Shown: positions 26,950 through 39,267 of the stretch, piece by piece
How positions within the stretch are numbered: position 1 is the first letter of the stretch
Layout of the letters: every line of letters begins with the position of its first letter
Origin: Eledone cirrhosa
Lineage: Eukaryota
Length of the DNA: 64,000 nt
Assembly (NCBI GenBank): GCA_964016885.1
Contig: OZ024757.1
Coordinates: forward strand, 28,892,001-28,956,000
Direction: 5' to 3'
Made by a program: the position numbers and the translations under genes
The notes under the pieces: generated by a model
Seen by the model: the letters and a program-made list of their open reading frames with translations, nothing else
Database searches by the model: none
Told to the model about the DNA's origin: nothing

Positions 26950-29263
26950 TGGAGGCGATGACAGTGGGAGTTTGGTTCCTCTGTGTTCGGACCTGGTGTA
27001 CATGAGAGGTGAGGAGGGCGAGAGAGACAGAGACAATGACAGTGGGAGTTAGGCTCCTCTGTGTTCGGACCTGGTGTACATGAGAGGTGAGGAGGGCGAG
27101 AGAGACAGAAGCGATGACAGTGGGAGTTAGGCTCCTCTGTGTTCGGACCTGGTGTACATGAGAGGTGAGGAGGGCGAGAGAGACAGAGGCGATGACAGTG
27201 GGAGTTTGGTTCCTCTGTGTTCGGACCTGGTGTACATGAGAGGTGAGGAGGGCGAGAGAGACAGAGGCGATGACAGTGGGAGTTAGGCTCCTCTGTGTTC
27301 GGACCTGGTGTACATGAGAGGTGAAGAGGGCGAGAGAGACAGAGGCGATGACAGTGGGAGTTTGGTTCCTCTGTGTTCGGACCTGGTGTACATGAGAGGT
27401 GAGGAGGGCGAGAGAGACAGAGACAATGACAGTGGGAGTTAGGCTCCTCTGTGTTCGGACCTGGTGTACATGAGAGGTGAGGAGGGCGAGAGAGACAGAA
27501 GCGATGACAGTGGGAGTTAGGCTCCTCTGTGTTCGGACCTGGTGTACATGAGAGGTGAGGAGGGCGAGAGAAACAGAGACAATGACAGTGGGAGTTTGGT
27601 TCCTCTGTGTTCGGACCTGGTGTACATGAGAGGTGAGGAGGGCGAGAGAGACAGAGACAATGACAGTGGGAGTTCGGCTCCTCTGTGTTCGGACCTGGTG
27701 TACATGAGAGGTGAGGAGGGCGAGAGAGACAGAGGCGATGACAGTGGGAGTTTGGTTCCTCTGTGTTCGGACCTGGTGTACATGAGAGGTGAGGAGGGCG
27801 AGAGAAACAGAGACAATGACAGTGGGAGTTCGGCTCCTCTGTGTTCGGACCTGGTGTACATGAGAGGTGAGGAGGGCGAGAGAGACAGAGGCGATGACAG
27901 TGGGAGTTTGGTTCCTCTGTGTTCGGACCTGGTGTACATGAGAGGTGAGGAGGGCGAGAGAAACAGAGACAATGACAGTGGGAGTTCGGCTCCTCTGTGT
28001 TCGGACCTGGTGTACATGAGAGGTGAGGAGGGCGAGAGAGACAGAGGCGATGACAGTGGGAGTTTGGTTCCTCTGTGTTCGGACCTGGTGTACATGAGAG
28101 GTGAGGAGGGCGAGAGAGACAGAGACAATGACAGTGGGAGTTAGGCTCCTCTGTGTTCGGACCTGGTGTACATGAGAGGTGAGGAGGGCGAGAGAGACAG
28201 AAGCGATGACAGTGGGAGTTAGGCTCCTCTGTGTTCGGACCTGGTGTACATGAGAGGTGAGGAGGGCGAGAGAAACAGAGACAATGACAGTGGGAGTTTG
28301 GTTCCTCTGTGTTCGGACCTGGTGTACATGAGAGGTGAGGAGGGCGAGAGAAACAGAGACAATGACAGTGGGAGTTCGGCTCCTCTGTGTTCGGACCTGG
28401 TGTACATGAGAGGTGAGGAGGGCGAGAGAGACAGAAGCGATGACAGTGGGAGTTAGGCTCCTCTGTGTTCGGACCTGGTGTACATGAGAGGTGAGGAGGG
28501 CGAGAGAGACAGAGGCGATGACAGTGGGAGTTTGGTTCCTCTGTGTTCGGACCTGGTGTACATGAGAGGTGAGGAGGGCGAGAGAGACAGAGACAATGAC
28601 AGTGGGAGTTCGGCTCCTCTGTGTTCGGACCTGGTGTACATGAGAGGTGAGGAGGGCGAGAGAGACAGAGGCGATGACAGTGGGAGTTTGGTTCCTCTGT
28701 GTTCGGACCTGGTGTACATGAGAGATGAGGAGGGCGAGAGAAACAGAGACAATGACAGTGGGAGTTCGGCTCCTCTGTGTTCGGACCTGGTGTACATGAG
28801 AGGTGAGGAGGGCGAGAGAGACAGAGGCGATGACAGTGGGAGTTTGGTTCCTCTGTGTTCGGACCTGGTGTACATGAGAGGTGAGGAGGGCGAGAGAAAC
28901 AGAGACAATGACAGTGGGAGTTCGGCTCCTCTGTGTTCGGACCTGGTGTACATGAGAGGTGAGGAGGGCGAGAGAGACAGAGGCGATGACAGTGGGAGTT
29001 TGGTTCCTCTGTGTTCGGACCTGGTGTACATGAGAGGTGAGGAGGGCGAGAGAGACAGAGACAATGACAGTGGGAGTTCGGCTCCTCTGTGTTCGGACCT
29101 GGTGTACATGAGAGGTGAGGAGGGCGAGAGAGACAGAGGCGATGACAGTGGGAGTTTGGTTCCTCTGTGTTCGGACCTGGTGTACATGAGAGGTGAGGAG
29201 GGCGAGAGAGACAGAGGCGATGACAGTGGGAGTTAGGCTCCTCTGTGTTCGGACCTGGTGTAT
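26950..29263. repeat. 78-bp tandem array, ~30 copies
   Basis: gaggcgatgacagtgggagtttggttcctctgtgttcggacctggtgtacatgagaggtgaggagggcgagagagaca, with a few variant sites. Confidence 0.97.
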
Positions 29264-30312
29264 GTGCATGAACTCTGAACGTATGGCCCTTTACATTCTG
29301 AGTTCAAATCCCGCCGAGGTTAACTTTGCCTTTCATCCTTACGGGATCGATAAAATAAAGTACCAGTAATGCACTGGAGTAATTGCTGGCTTTGTGCCAA
29401 AAGTAGAAACAATTATTATTAACGTTATTGTTATATTCTATTTAGAATAATGGTTTCTTCTATAGACACAAGGCCAGTAATTTTGGAGGGAGGGGAAAGT
29501 CGATTAAATCGACCCTGGTACGTTACTGGTGTTTTATTTTATCGACCCCGGAAGGATGAAAGGCAAAGTTAACCTCGGCGGGATTTGAACTCAGACCGTA
29601 AAGAACCGTAACTCTATGCCGCAAAGCATGGCGTTCGACTCTCTACCGATACTGCCAATCCACTACCCTTTTTAGAATGTTAAATAATGCAAAATCTTAA
29701 AAAAAAAAAAAAAAATCCCCAAATAAATTCTAATCCTATATAGGTCGTGAGTGATATACTAGATGTTAACAAAATGGAAACACACGCAGTCTCGTGTCAC
29801 TGTACGATTGTTCCGTTAGCATCGTTTTCCAACTACTGGAAGCAGCTTATGTCTTTAGAACGCTTCCGTGTCATTTCTACACCATGGTGACGTTCTGGCG
29901 CGTTCATGATTATCACAGAAAGATGGTAAAGAAAGAAAACAAAACTAGACACACATGAACACAAAACTACTACTATTACTAGTTCTCAATCCACCACAGC
30001 TGCTGTTAATACCATAACCAATACCACCACTACCACCACTACTACCTCTACAGACGCCATATTGTCGTCTTTCGGCCAGTGAACCAATCTACGCACACAA
30101 AACAGTCGTAGAGGTCCATGGCTTGAGAAGAAGATCTGTGTAATGATCTTGTACCATCTTTTGGTTTGTTTGGTCTAGGGTGTCTTGAACACAACCATCA
30201 CTATTATCTACACCACCACCAGCATCACTATTATCTGTACTATCACCGCCGCCATCACACTTGAAAATGATGTATACTGTTTTCTGAAACATCTACTTAT
30301 TATGATGAGTAA

Positions 30313-30506
30313 AATAATTGTTTCTACTTTTGGCACAAGGCCAGCAATTACCCAGTGCATTACTGGTACTTTATTTCATCGACCCTATGAGGAGGAAAAG
30401 CAAAGTTAACCTTGGCGGGATTTGAACTCAGAATGGCAAGGGACGTAACTCTATGCGTCAAAGCAAGGCGTCCAACCCTCTACCGATACTGCCAATCCAC
30501 CGCCCA
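30313..30506 (-). mobile_element. Full-length SINE copy with 18-bp TSD
   Basis: tatgatgagtaaaataat at 30301-30318 and 30507-30524. Confidence 0.85.
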
Positions 30507-31489
30507 TATGATGAGTAAAATAATGATGATGGTGATGATGTTGGCGCTCTGGAATTTCGAGAAGTAAAGGTAACGTTCGCCACACGCACTCACGTACAGA
30601 GAGAGACAGACAGACAGACCATATACATATACACACAGACACATACACACACACACACAAACGCTAAAGATGAGAGCCTCTAAGTAATCACACGATCTCT
30701 CGGTATGAACAATCATACAATCAGCAAAATTCGCGATTTGATAAATTAAAGGTTTGCATAACAGAAACCCAACAGTTTATATCGATTACTGACAGGTGAA
30801 AGTGCTGAAAGATAAGAATGATATTTTAATAATTTGTTTCTATGACATAATTACATAAATGTTCAGCATATATGTCTAAATGATTGGTATTCGTATTGGT
30901 ATGGTCCCATAACTCCTGATAGGGGCGCCCTATTGACATACAGCGTTTCTTGGGCATTTTTAAAGCCTGGTGGAGCCCATTCCTCTCCAGGCCTGAGTAC
31001 TTCCAGAGAGAGTTCTTCCAGAGAGAGTTCTTCCAGAGAGAGGAAGAATCGACCCCAATACTAGACTGGTACTTTTTTAATCGACCTCAAAAGGATAAAA
31101 TATATAAATGTATAAATGATACACGTGATTAGAGGTGTGAGTGACTTTGGTAAAATAACGATCTATAGGGACAACTGTAGGATTAGAACACAGGACCTTA
31201 TGATTGGAAAATGAACTTTTTATTGTAGCAACATGATTGAGATAGGAAATACATTCTGTGTATGTGTGTGTACATTTTCAAAGAGTTACAGACGTATATA
31301 TATATATATATATATATGGCGTTTTATAGTTATAGAATATATATTTATTTTAATAGTGTAAAATTACACACATATGTACACCAGATTCGAAAACAATGTT
31401 GTAAACAAGGAATTATAAAATTAAATAAGTTTTACTATAAACCTTGTTATTTTTTATGGGTACTATGCTAGTGTTTTTAAAACTATCCT

Positions 31490-31660
31490 CTCCGCACCGG
31501 TCGCCGTCGAGACTACAGGCGTACTTGGACCCCGTCATGCCCAGCTCCTCCGCAAGATCGGAACGTCAGTGGCCCGTCTGAGGAAGGAGACTTGAGAGGT
31601 GGGCTGGCTGTTGCAGTGGATGTGGCTGGCCATTGTCCGCGAAGCACATCCTCAATACCG
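31490..31660 (+). mobile_element. Second CRE-like endonuclease-domain remnant
   Basis: PVAVETTGVLGP...LLRKIG...WLLQ.M.LAIVR. Confidence 0.7.
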
Positions 31661-32745
31661 CCGCTTATTTAGAATTTTTTTCGTAACCCAAATACAATTT
31701 TCTGTTAGTTGACCAATACTAAAGGACTTCACTGATAGGGTTGTGTGTGTTATAAATTCCCAGTTCCATGTTAGGGAAAGAAGTTGTGGTGAATCTTTGG
31801 AATAGTGCTTAATAAATATTAATGACCCTAATAGTTGTTCCAATGTTCAAAAGTGGCCCTCCAATGGAATATGTTGTACACGCCTGTCTAAGTCGACTTC
31901 GGTGGTCGGTGGGATTCGAACCTTGAGCCACAGGGAGCCGCATTGAAGTAAACAAAAATATTCAGGATTGTTAACATGCTTTTGAAGTTTTGTCCACGGG
32001 GCGCAGCTTCAATACTGCCGCACCCTAGGCCCAGAGTCCATCATCTTCTCCATTCTCCCTCCTCATTCTCCTGTTACACTAGAGCCCTTGACTTTCCCTT
32101 CCTTTTCCGTTTTCATAACCACAAAAGACACTTGAGTAACTCTACTTTGTATAGTCAGCAGAATATAAATATGACATGTCAAACGAATGAATAGATTGAA
32201 ACACTTTTGATGAGGAATAGAAGCGAGCAGAAAGCAGTGTAGCGAATTATAGTGAATGTCGGGAAACTTCAAAGAACATCTTGTACCTTCCTTTTAAAAA
32301 GAGAGACACACAAGATACATTTTAATTGCACTGTATATGATATCATGTTCATTCCTTTGATACCGAACCGCCTAAAACTACCCCAGGTTCTACGATACAA
32401 AACTCCTTCTTGGTCGTGTTCTTCTTCTTCTGCTTCTTCTTGTTGTCGTTGTCGTGGGAAGTCCTCAAACACTCTTTCCAGTAGGTCCTGTACGAAGCAA
32501 CCGTATCCAACTGATCTGGCTGGATCCCCAAGCGAGACCAGCCAAATTCATGGACGTTATCCAACCATCTTGCTCGGGGTCTACTTCTGAGTCTCCTGCC
32601 GGTTGGTTTTGCCCGTAAAATCTGTCCAGCGATTCTTTCCTGAGACAAAAGCTGTTTAAATCAAAGAGATTATATGGATCTAAAAACTTTTCATTATAAG
32701 ACGGTTGAAGGCGATGGATTAGCAGTATCGGTAGAAGGTCGGATA

Positions 32746-32923
32746 TAGTGTCGGATTTACCATTGTGCTTAGCTGTGCATATGCACAGGGCTCCGTGAGC
32801 CAAGGGCCCATCTCCCTGATGACTGTCTGTGTAAGCCTACCGGGCCTACCTCCTTCGGGGCCCAAGTAAGGGGCCTAATAACTTAACGAACACAGGGTCT
32901 CATTTGTCCTAAATCCGGCACTG
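32746..32923. mobile_element. hAT-type MITE inserted in a SINE head; second copy at 46749-46928
   Basis: 14-bp TIR (C/T)AGTG(C/T)CGGATTTA; 8-bp TSD gtcggata/gtcggaca. Confidence 0.85.
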
Positions 32924-33228
32924 GTCGGACAACATTCTTTACAGCATATAGTTACGGCCTTTTACGTTCTGAGTTCAAATCTTGCCGAGGCTAGCTTTAC
33001 CTTTCATCCTTACGTGGTTGATAAAATAATTGTTTCTATATTTGGCACAAGGCCAGCAATTACCCAGTGCATTACTGGTACTTTATTTTATCGACCTCGT
33101 AAGGATGAAAGGCAAAGTTGACCTGGGCGGGATTTGAACTCATACCGTAAAGGGCCGTAATTCTATTCTGCAAATCATGACGTCCGACCTTCTACTGATA
33201 CTGCCAGATAAAATAATGTATCAGTAAT

Positions 33229-33980
33229 GCTTCAAATCTTGCCGAAGTTAGCTTCAAATCTTGTCGAGGTTAGCTTCAAATCTTGTCGAGGTTAGCTTCA
33301 AATCTTGTCGAGGTTAGCTTCAAATCTTGTCGAGGTTAGCTTCAAATCTTGTCGAGGTTAGCTTCAAATCTTGTCAAGGTTAGCTTCAAATCTTGCCGAG
33401 GTTAGCTTCAAATCTTGCCGAGGTTAGCTTCAAATCTTGTCGAGGTTAGCTTCAAATCTTGCCGGGGTTAGCTTCAAATCTTGTCGAGGTTAGCTTCAAA
33501 TCTTGTCGACGTTAGCTTCAAATCTTGTCGAGGTTAGCTTCAAATCTTGTCGACGTTAGCTTCAAATCTTGTCGAGGTTAGCTTCAAATCTTGTCGAGGT
33601 TAGCTTCAAATCTTGTCGAGGTTAGCTTCAAATCTTGTCGACGTTAGCTTCAAGTCTTGTCGAGGTTAGCTTCAAATCTTGCCGAGGTTAGCTTCAAATC
33701 TTGCCGAGGTTAGCTTCAAATCTTGCCGGGGTTAGCTTCAAATCTTGCCGAGGTTAGCTTCAAATCTTGCCGAGGTTAGCTTCAAATCTTGTCGAGGTTA
33801 GCTTCAAATCTTGTCGAGGTTAGCTTCAAATCTTGCCGAGGTTAGCTTCAAATCTTGCTGGGGTTAGCTTCAAATCTTGCTGGGGTTAGCTTCAAATCTT
33901 GCCGAGGTTAGCTTCAAATCTTGCCGAGGTTAGCTTCAAATCTTGCTGGGGTCATCTTCAAATCTTGCTGGGGTCATCTT
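33229..33980 (+). repeat. 22-bp tandem array (~34 copies) derived from the SINE B-box region
   Basis: ttcaaatcttg(c/t)cgaggttagc. Confidence 0.95.
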
Positions 33981-34220
33981 TGCCCTTCATCCTTTCATCC
34001 AGATAAAATAAAGTACCAGTAATCCTTCCATTCATATTACTGGCTGCCTTTTGTGCCCAAAATAGAAACATATAATTGTTATGTTCCAAACACCACCCTA
34101 ATAATTCATTTTAACGCCTGCCTATCACCTCTCTCTTTCTTTTTTTTTTCTCTCTCTCTCTCTCTATCTCTATCTCACTATCTATCTACACACAGGTAGC
34201 GCCACCCGGCTGGCTAGAGT

Positions 34221-34461
34221 ATGCATTCACCAACGTCGCTCGACACGATTCTATTCTCACCTCTCATCGAAGAATCAGAGTTTGACCCAATCAACATGGC
34301 ATTCAGTCTGGTCAATGGAGACGTCGACAGCGGGGTGGGCAACAAACTGGACTTCTACCCGGCCGTTGACGAGGAATACGAAAGCCGGCGGGCTGAGCAG
34401 CAAGCCGAGAGCTTGGTTCCATTGAAGGAAGACTTGGCCGATTGGCTACAGAGAATTCTGG
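34221..34461 (+). CDS. GAS2: GAS2-family protein, coding exon 1 (N-terminus and start of CH domain); exon acceptor at 34195/34196
   Basis: Polypyrimidine tract and cacag acceptor end at 34195; ATG at 34221; translation ...ESLVPLKEDLADWLQRIL matches the GAS2 CH start (EDLA.WL); donor G|gtaagt, phase 1. Confidence 0.88.
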
Positions 34462-34589
34462 GTAAGTCTGACGTTTTATATTACTGTAATGAATAAGGGC
34501 AGTGGTTCCCAAAGTGGGTTCTAAGGGTTCAGCAAAGGAGTGCCTGGTGTTCCGTGAAAAAGGGTAGAGGAGTTTATTTATATTACGAC

Positions 34590-35620
34590 CGGTCATGTCG
34601 ATGTCACGGCCAAAAACCCCCAGTCCACGCTGTAAAGTGGTCGTGTAGGTGTCACGACAAAAGTGCCCCAGTCCACGCTGTAAAGTGGTCGTGTAGGTGT
34701 CACGACAAAAGTGCCCCAGTCCACGCTGCAAAGTGGTCGTGTAGGTGTCACGACAAAAGCCCCCCCATTCTACGCTGTAAAGTGGTCGTGTAGGTGTCAC
34801 GACAAAAGCGCCCCAGTCCACGCTGCACAGTGGTCGTGTAGGTGTCACGACAAAAGTGCCCCAGTCCACGCTGCACAGTGGTCGTGTAGGTGTCACGACA
34901 AAAGCGCCCCAGTCTACGCTGTAAAGTGGTCGTGTAGGTGTCACGACAAAAGCCCCCCCCCCCAGTCCACGCGGCAAAGTGGTCGTGTAGGTGTCACGAC
35001 AAAAGTGCCCCAGTCCACGCTGCACAGTGGTCGTGTAGGTGTCACGACAAAAGCCCCCCAGTCTACGCTGTAAAGTGGTCGTGTAGGTGTCACGACAAAA
35101 GTGCCCCAGTCCACGCTGCAAAGTGGTCGTGTAGGTGTCACGACAAAAGTGCCCCAGTCCACGCGGCAAAGTGGTCGTGTAGGTGTCACGACAAAAGTGC
35201 CCCAGTCCACGCTGCAAAGTGGTCGTGTAGGTGTCACGACAAAAGTGCCCCAGTCCACGCTGCACAGTGGTCGTGTAGGTGTCACGACAAAAGTGCCCCA
35301 GTCCACGCTGCACAGTGGTCGTGTAGGTGTCACGACAAAAGCCCCCCCCCCCCCAGTCCACGCGGCAAAGTGGTCGTGTAGGTGTCACGACAAAAGTGCC
35401 CCAGTCCACGCTGCAAAGTGGTCGTGTAGGTGTCACGACAAAAGTGCCCCAGTCCACGCTGCAAAGTGGTCGTGTAGGTGTCACGACAAAAGCGCCCCAG
35501 TCCACGCTGCAAAGTGGTCGTGTAGGTGTCACGACAAAAGTGCCCCAGTCCACGCTGCAAAGTGGTCATGTAGGTGTCACGACAAAAGCCCTCCAGTCCA
35601 CGCGGCAAAGTGGTCGTGGA
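34590..35620 (+). repeat. 48-bp tandem array (~21 copies), each unit with a hairpin
   Basis: aagtg gtcgtg taggtgt cacgac aaaagtgccccagtccacgctgca. Confidence 0.95.
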
Positions 35621-35805
35621 GGCGGCACGGCAAAGGGCACCCAGCACACACTGTAAATGTGGTTAGTGTTAGGAAGGACAACCAGCTGTAGAAACCACGC
35701 TAAAATCAGTTCTGTATGAGCACTGGCTTGTCTCACAATTGGAGAACTTGTTTAACCCATGCTAGTGTGGGGAAAATGGACGTTAAACGGTGATGATGAT
35801 GATAT
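35620..35805 (+). mobile_element. RTE-tailed SINE 3' part (also 54140-54410 -, 41960-42058, 62805-62900, 19380-19470 -)
   Basis: TAGGAAGG.CA.CCAGCTGTAGAAACC...TAACCCATGCTAG...GGACGTTAAACG(ATG)n tail shared with the RTE at 18295. Confidence 0.7.
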
Positions 35806-37355
35806 ATACACACGGAGATAGTTTCATTTGATTGAAATGTTTCCAGTTGGCGTACTTGTATATAGACACCATGAAAAATGTCATGATCAACTATGCCTTT
35901 TATCCTTTTGAGGTGTTCCTTGGACATAACTGGATGGTGATCATATATGTATGAATGTGGATATATATATATAGCATGTATGTAGGTATGTATGTGTATG
36001 GATATATATATATATATATATAGCATGTATGTGTGTGGATATATGTAGTGTATGTATGTAGGTATGTATGTGTATGGATATATATACCTAGCATGTATGT
36101 GTGTGGATATATATATAGCATGTATGTAGGTATGTATGGATATATATACCTAGCATGTATGTGTGTGGATATATATATAGCATGTATGTAGGTATGTATG
36201 TGTATGGATATATATATATATATATAGCATGTATGTATGTGGATATATATATAGCATGTATGTAGGTATGTATGTGTATGGATATATATACCTAGCATGT
36301 ATGTGTGTGGATATATATATAGCATGTATGTTGGTATGTATGTGTATGGATATATATACCTAGCATGTATGTGTGTGGATATATATATAGCATGTATGTA
36401 GGTATGTATGTGTATGGATATATATATATATAGCATGTATGTATGTGGATATATATATAGCATGTATGTAGGTTGTATATGTGTGGATATATGTAGTGCA
36501 TGTGTGTGGATATATATATATATATAGCATGTATGTATGTATGTATGTGTGTGGATATATGTCAGGTCACTCTCGAGTGCTACTGGTAACATGTAGCACG
36601 GTACAATCTGTCTCATGGTCGGGTCGTCGGTGACTAAACCGGCAACCTCACCAAGTGTGCTTGGTGAGGAGGGTGATATTTGAGGTGTTCCTTGGACATA
36701 ACTGGATGGTGATCATATATGTATGAATGTGGATATATATATATATATATATATATAGCATGTATGTAGGTATGTATGTGTATGGATATATATACCTAGC
36801 ATGTATGTGTGAGGAGGGTGATATTTGGACACCCTGCAGGATGAAATACAAGACCCAACAAAGGGTGGAGAAACTCAGCCGAGTCAACGGCCATCCAAAT
36901 AATACTTTTTTTTTTTCAACTAGGAGTGAAAGGCCCCCAGTTGTTGTCACAACACCTTTCTAAGAGAGGGAAACTCTGAAAAAAACCTGCAGCTTCGGAA
37001 ACATCCGATGATGTTGACCAGTTCTCCTTTTCAGGGAGTGTTTTCGATGTTAAGAGAGTGGGATTGGTCGAGTGCAAGTCCTTTCCCCACTTAAAAAAAC
37101 AGACATTGCTTGTTACAGGTTCGTGTGGCTGGCTGTAGCCTAAAGGTGCACCATTTTCTGTAATCTGACAAGCAATTGCAATACTCTTAGTAAAGTTTGC
37201 AGCCTCCATGTGGGTAAATATAGTGCATGTATGTAGGTAGTATATGCATGTGTCTGCCTGTCTGTGTGTATCTAAAAGTTTGTCTTACTATCTTTCTCCC
37301 TCCATCTCTTTCTCTCTCCCTCTCCGATCTCAATAAATCTTTCTTTGGTTTTCAG

Positions 37356-37477
37356 ACATTGCAATTACAACTGAAACCTTTATGGAAACACTCGACAATG
37401 GTGCTGCCCTCTGTCGGCTGGCGCACCTTATCCAGCTAAAGGCTGAAGCCGCATACAAAGATGGGAAGTACACAGAG
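37356..37477 (+). CDS. GAS2: GAS2-family protein, coding exon 2 (CH domain)
   Basis: ttttcag acceptor; (D)IAITTETFMETLDNGAALCRLAHLIQLKAEAAYKDGKYTE carries the LDNG..LC.LA motif; donor GAG|gtaagt; phase 1 to 0; absent from the ORF track in this frame. Confidence 0.93.
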
Positions 37478-37580
37478 GTAAGTTTATCTCAGCATATATA
37501 TATTTCATATACTTGCCTGTTACTGATCTATCAAGATCGTTGATGCTGGTAAATCATGAAAAAAATTATACATCTCATAT

Positions 37581-37660
37581 GTATCTCATCTGATGAAAGT
37601 ATGCTCTGATTTATGTTAAACATAAATTTTTGCATCCTCGAAATATATATAATGAAATAT
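37581..37660 (+). ncRNA. Type I hammerhead motif in intron 2 (sense), first helix II pair A.C
   Basis: guaucucau CUGAUGA aaguaugc..gcauccuc GAAA uauaua UA augaaauau; helix I has 8 of 9 pairs. Confidence 0.72.
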
Positions 37661-38127
37661 ATAGTGATGATATAAAGTATATATCTTTCGTTTATTACTA
37701 TTATTATTTCATATAGCCAATAGATCAACATTTTCTCCGATGTTTTGTGGTCACCCTTTGAACAACACATTTTCCTGCAGGATCGACTCACTACCCAAGC
37801 TGCGGTCTTGGCATAATCACAGACCCAGATTAGGCCTTTGGCATCTCAAATGTTGCCAGGCTTTTGGCATCTAGAATGATGCTCAGCAGACAGTAAAACC
37901 TTGCATTCTATATAGAGTTAGTGAAGGATATGAGCAGTCATTGGGTTATGGTCATGGATTAATTGCAGACTGAGATTTGGCCTTCGACATCTCGAATGTT
38001 GCCCTTTACTAACCAGTCAATGTGGTCAGCAGACAGTTAAACCTTGGGTGGTGGATTGGCAGTATCAGTAGAGCGTTGGACACCATGATTTGCGGCATTG
38101 AGTTATGATGATGAAGCTGATCCTCAC

Positions 38128-39095
38128 AACAGTTCACCACATTCCAAAACACCTCCCTAATCAGGGCGCAGTCACAACAGATACCACAAGGCATTGCATC
38201 TGACATCCTAACAACAATTCGCCACATTCCAAAACACCTCCCTAATCAGGGCTCAGTCACAACAGATACCACAAGGCATTGTGTCTGACATCCTAACAAC
38301 AATTCACCACATTCCAAAACACCTCCCTAATCAGGGCTCAGTCACAACAGATACCACAAGGCATTGTATCTGACATCCTAACAACAATTCGCCACATTCC
38401 AAAATACCTCCCTAATCAGGGCTCAGTCACAACAGATACCACAAGGCATTGCATCTGACATCCTAACAACAATTCGCCACATTCCAAAACACCTCCCTAA
38501 TCAGGGCTCAGTCACAACAGATACCACAAGGCATTGCATCTGACATCCTAACAACAATTCGCCACATTCCAAAACACCTCCCTAATCAGGGCTCAGTCAC
38601 AACAGATACCACAAGGCATTGCATCTGACATCCTAACAACAATTCACCACATTCCAAAACACCTCCCTAATCAGGGCTCAGTCACAACAGATGCCACAAG
38701 GCATTGTATCTGACATCCTAACAACAATTCACCACATTCCAAAACACCTCCCTAATCAGGGCTCAGTCACAACAGATACCACAAGGCATTGTATCTGACA
38801 TCCTAACAACAATTCACCACATTCCAAAACACCTCCCTAATCAGGGCTCAGTCACAACAGATACCACAAGGCATTGTGTCTGACATCCTAACAACAATTC
38901 ACCACATTCCAAAACACCTCCCTAATCAGGGCTCAGTCACAACAGATACCACAAGGCATTGCATCTGACATCCTAACAACAATTCACCACATTCCAAAAC
39001 ACCTCCCTAATCAGGGCTCAGTCACAACAGATACCACAAGGCATTGCATCTGACATCCTAACAATTCACCACATTCCAAAACACCTCCCTAATCA
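38128..39095 (+). repeat. 85-bp tandem array (~11 copies) abutting the exon 3 acceptor
   Basis: cctaatcagg recurs at 38241, 38326, 38411 and onward. Confidence 0.95.
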
Positions 39096-39125
39096 CTCTC
39101 TACTCTGCCCTCACCTCTGTTGCAG

Positions 39126-39267
39126 CCCATACCAAAACTAAAGTTCCGTTACAGAGAAAATGCCAAATCTGGAACCTGGTTTGCCAGAGACAACGCAGCC
39201 ACTTTCTTACAATGGTGTCGAGATTTTGGTCTCAATCAGGGCTGTATGTTCGAATCGGAGGATCTTG
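39126..39267 (+). CDS. GAS2: GAS2-family protein, coding exon 3 (CH domain)
   Basis: ttgcag acceptor; PIPKLKFRYRENAKSGTWFARDNAATFLQWCRDFGLNQGCMFESEDL has the FARDN...F..WCR...FESEDL signature; donor G|gtaagt; phase 0 to 1. Confidence 0.95.

Noticed and set aside
26888-29269. 793-aa ORF on the minus strand
   Set aside because: Product of a 78-bp (26-codon) tandem array; no domain, splice context or codon signal
31895-31945. tRNA-like T-arm GGTTCGAATCCC on - strand
   Set aside because: No full cloverleaf; SINE-head fragment. SINE A/B boxes elsewhere were likewise not called tRNA genes
34590-35620. CRISPR-like palindromic repeat array and overlapping ORFs
   Set aside because: Spacers are not unique, there are no cas genes, and it lies in a eukaryotic intron
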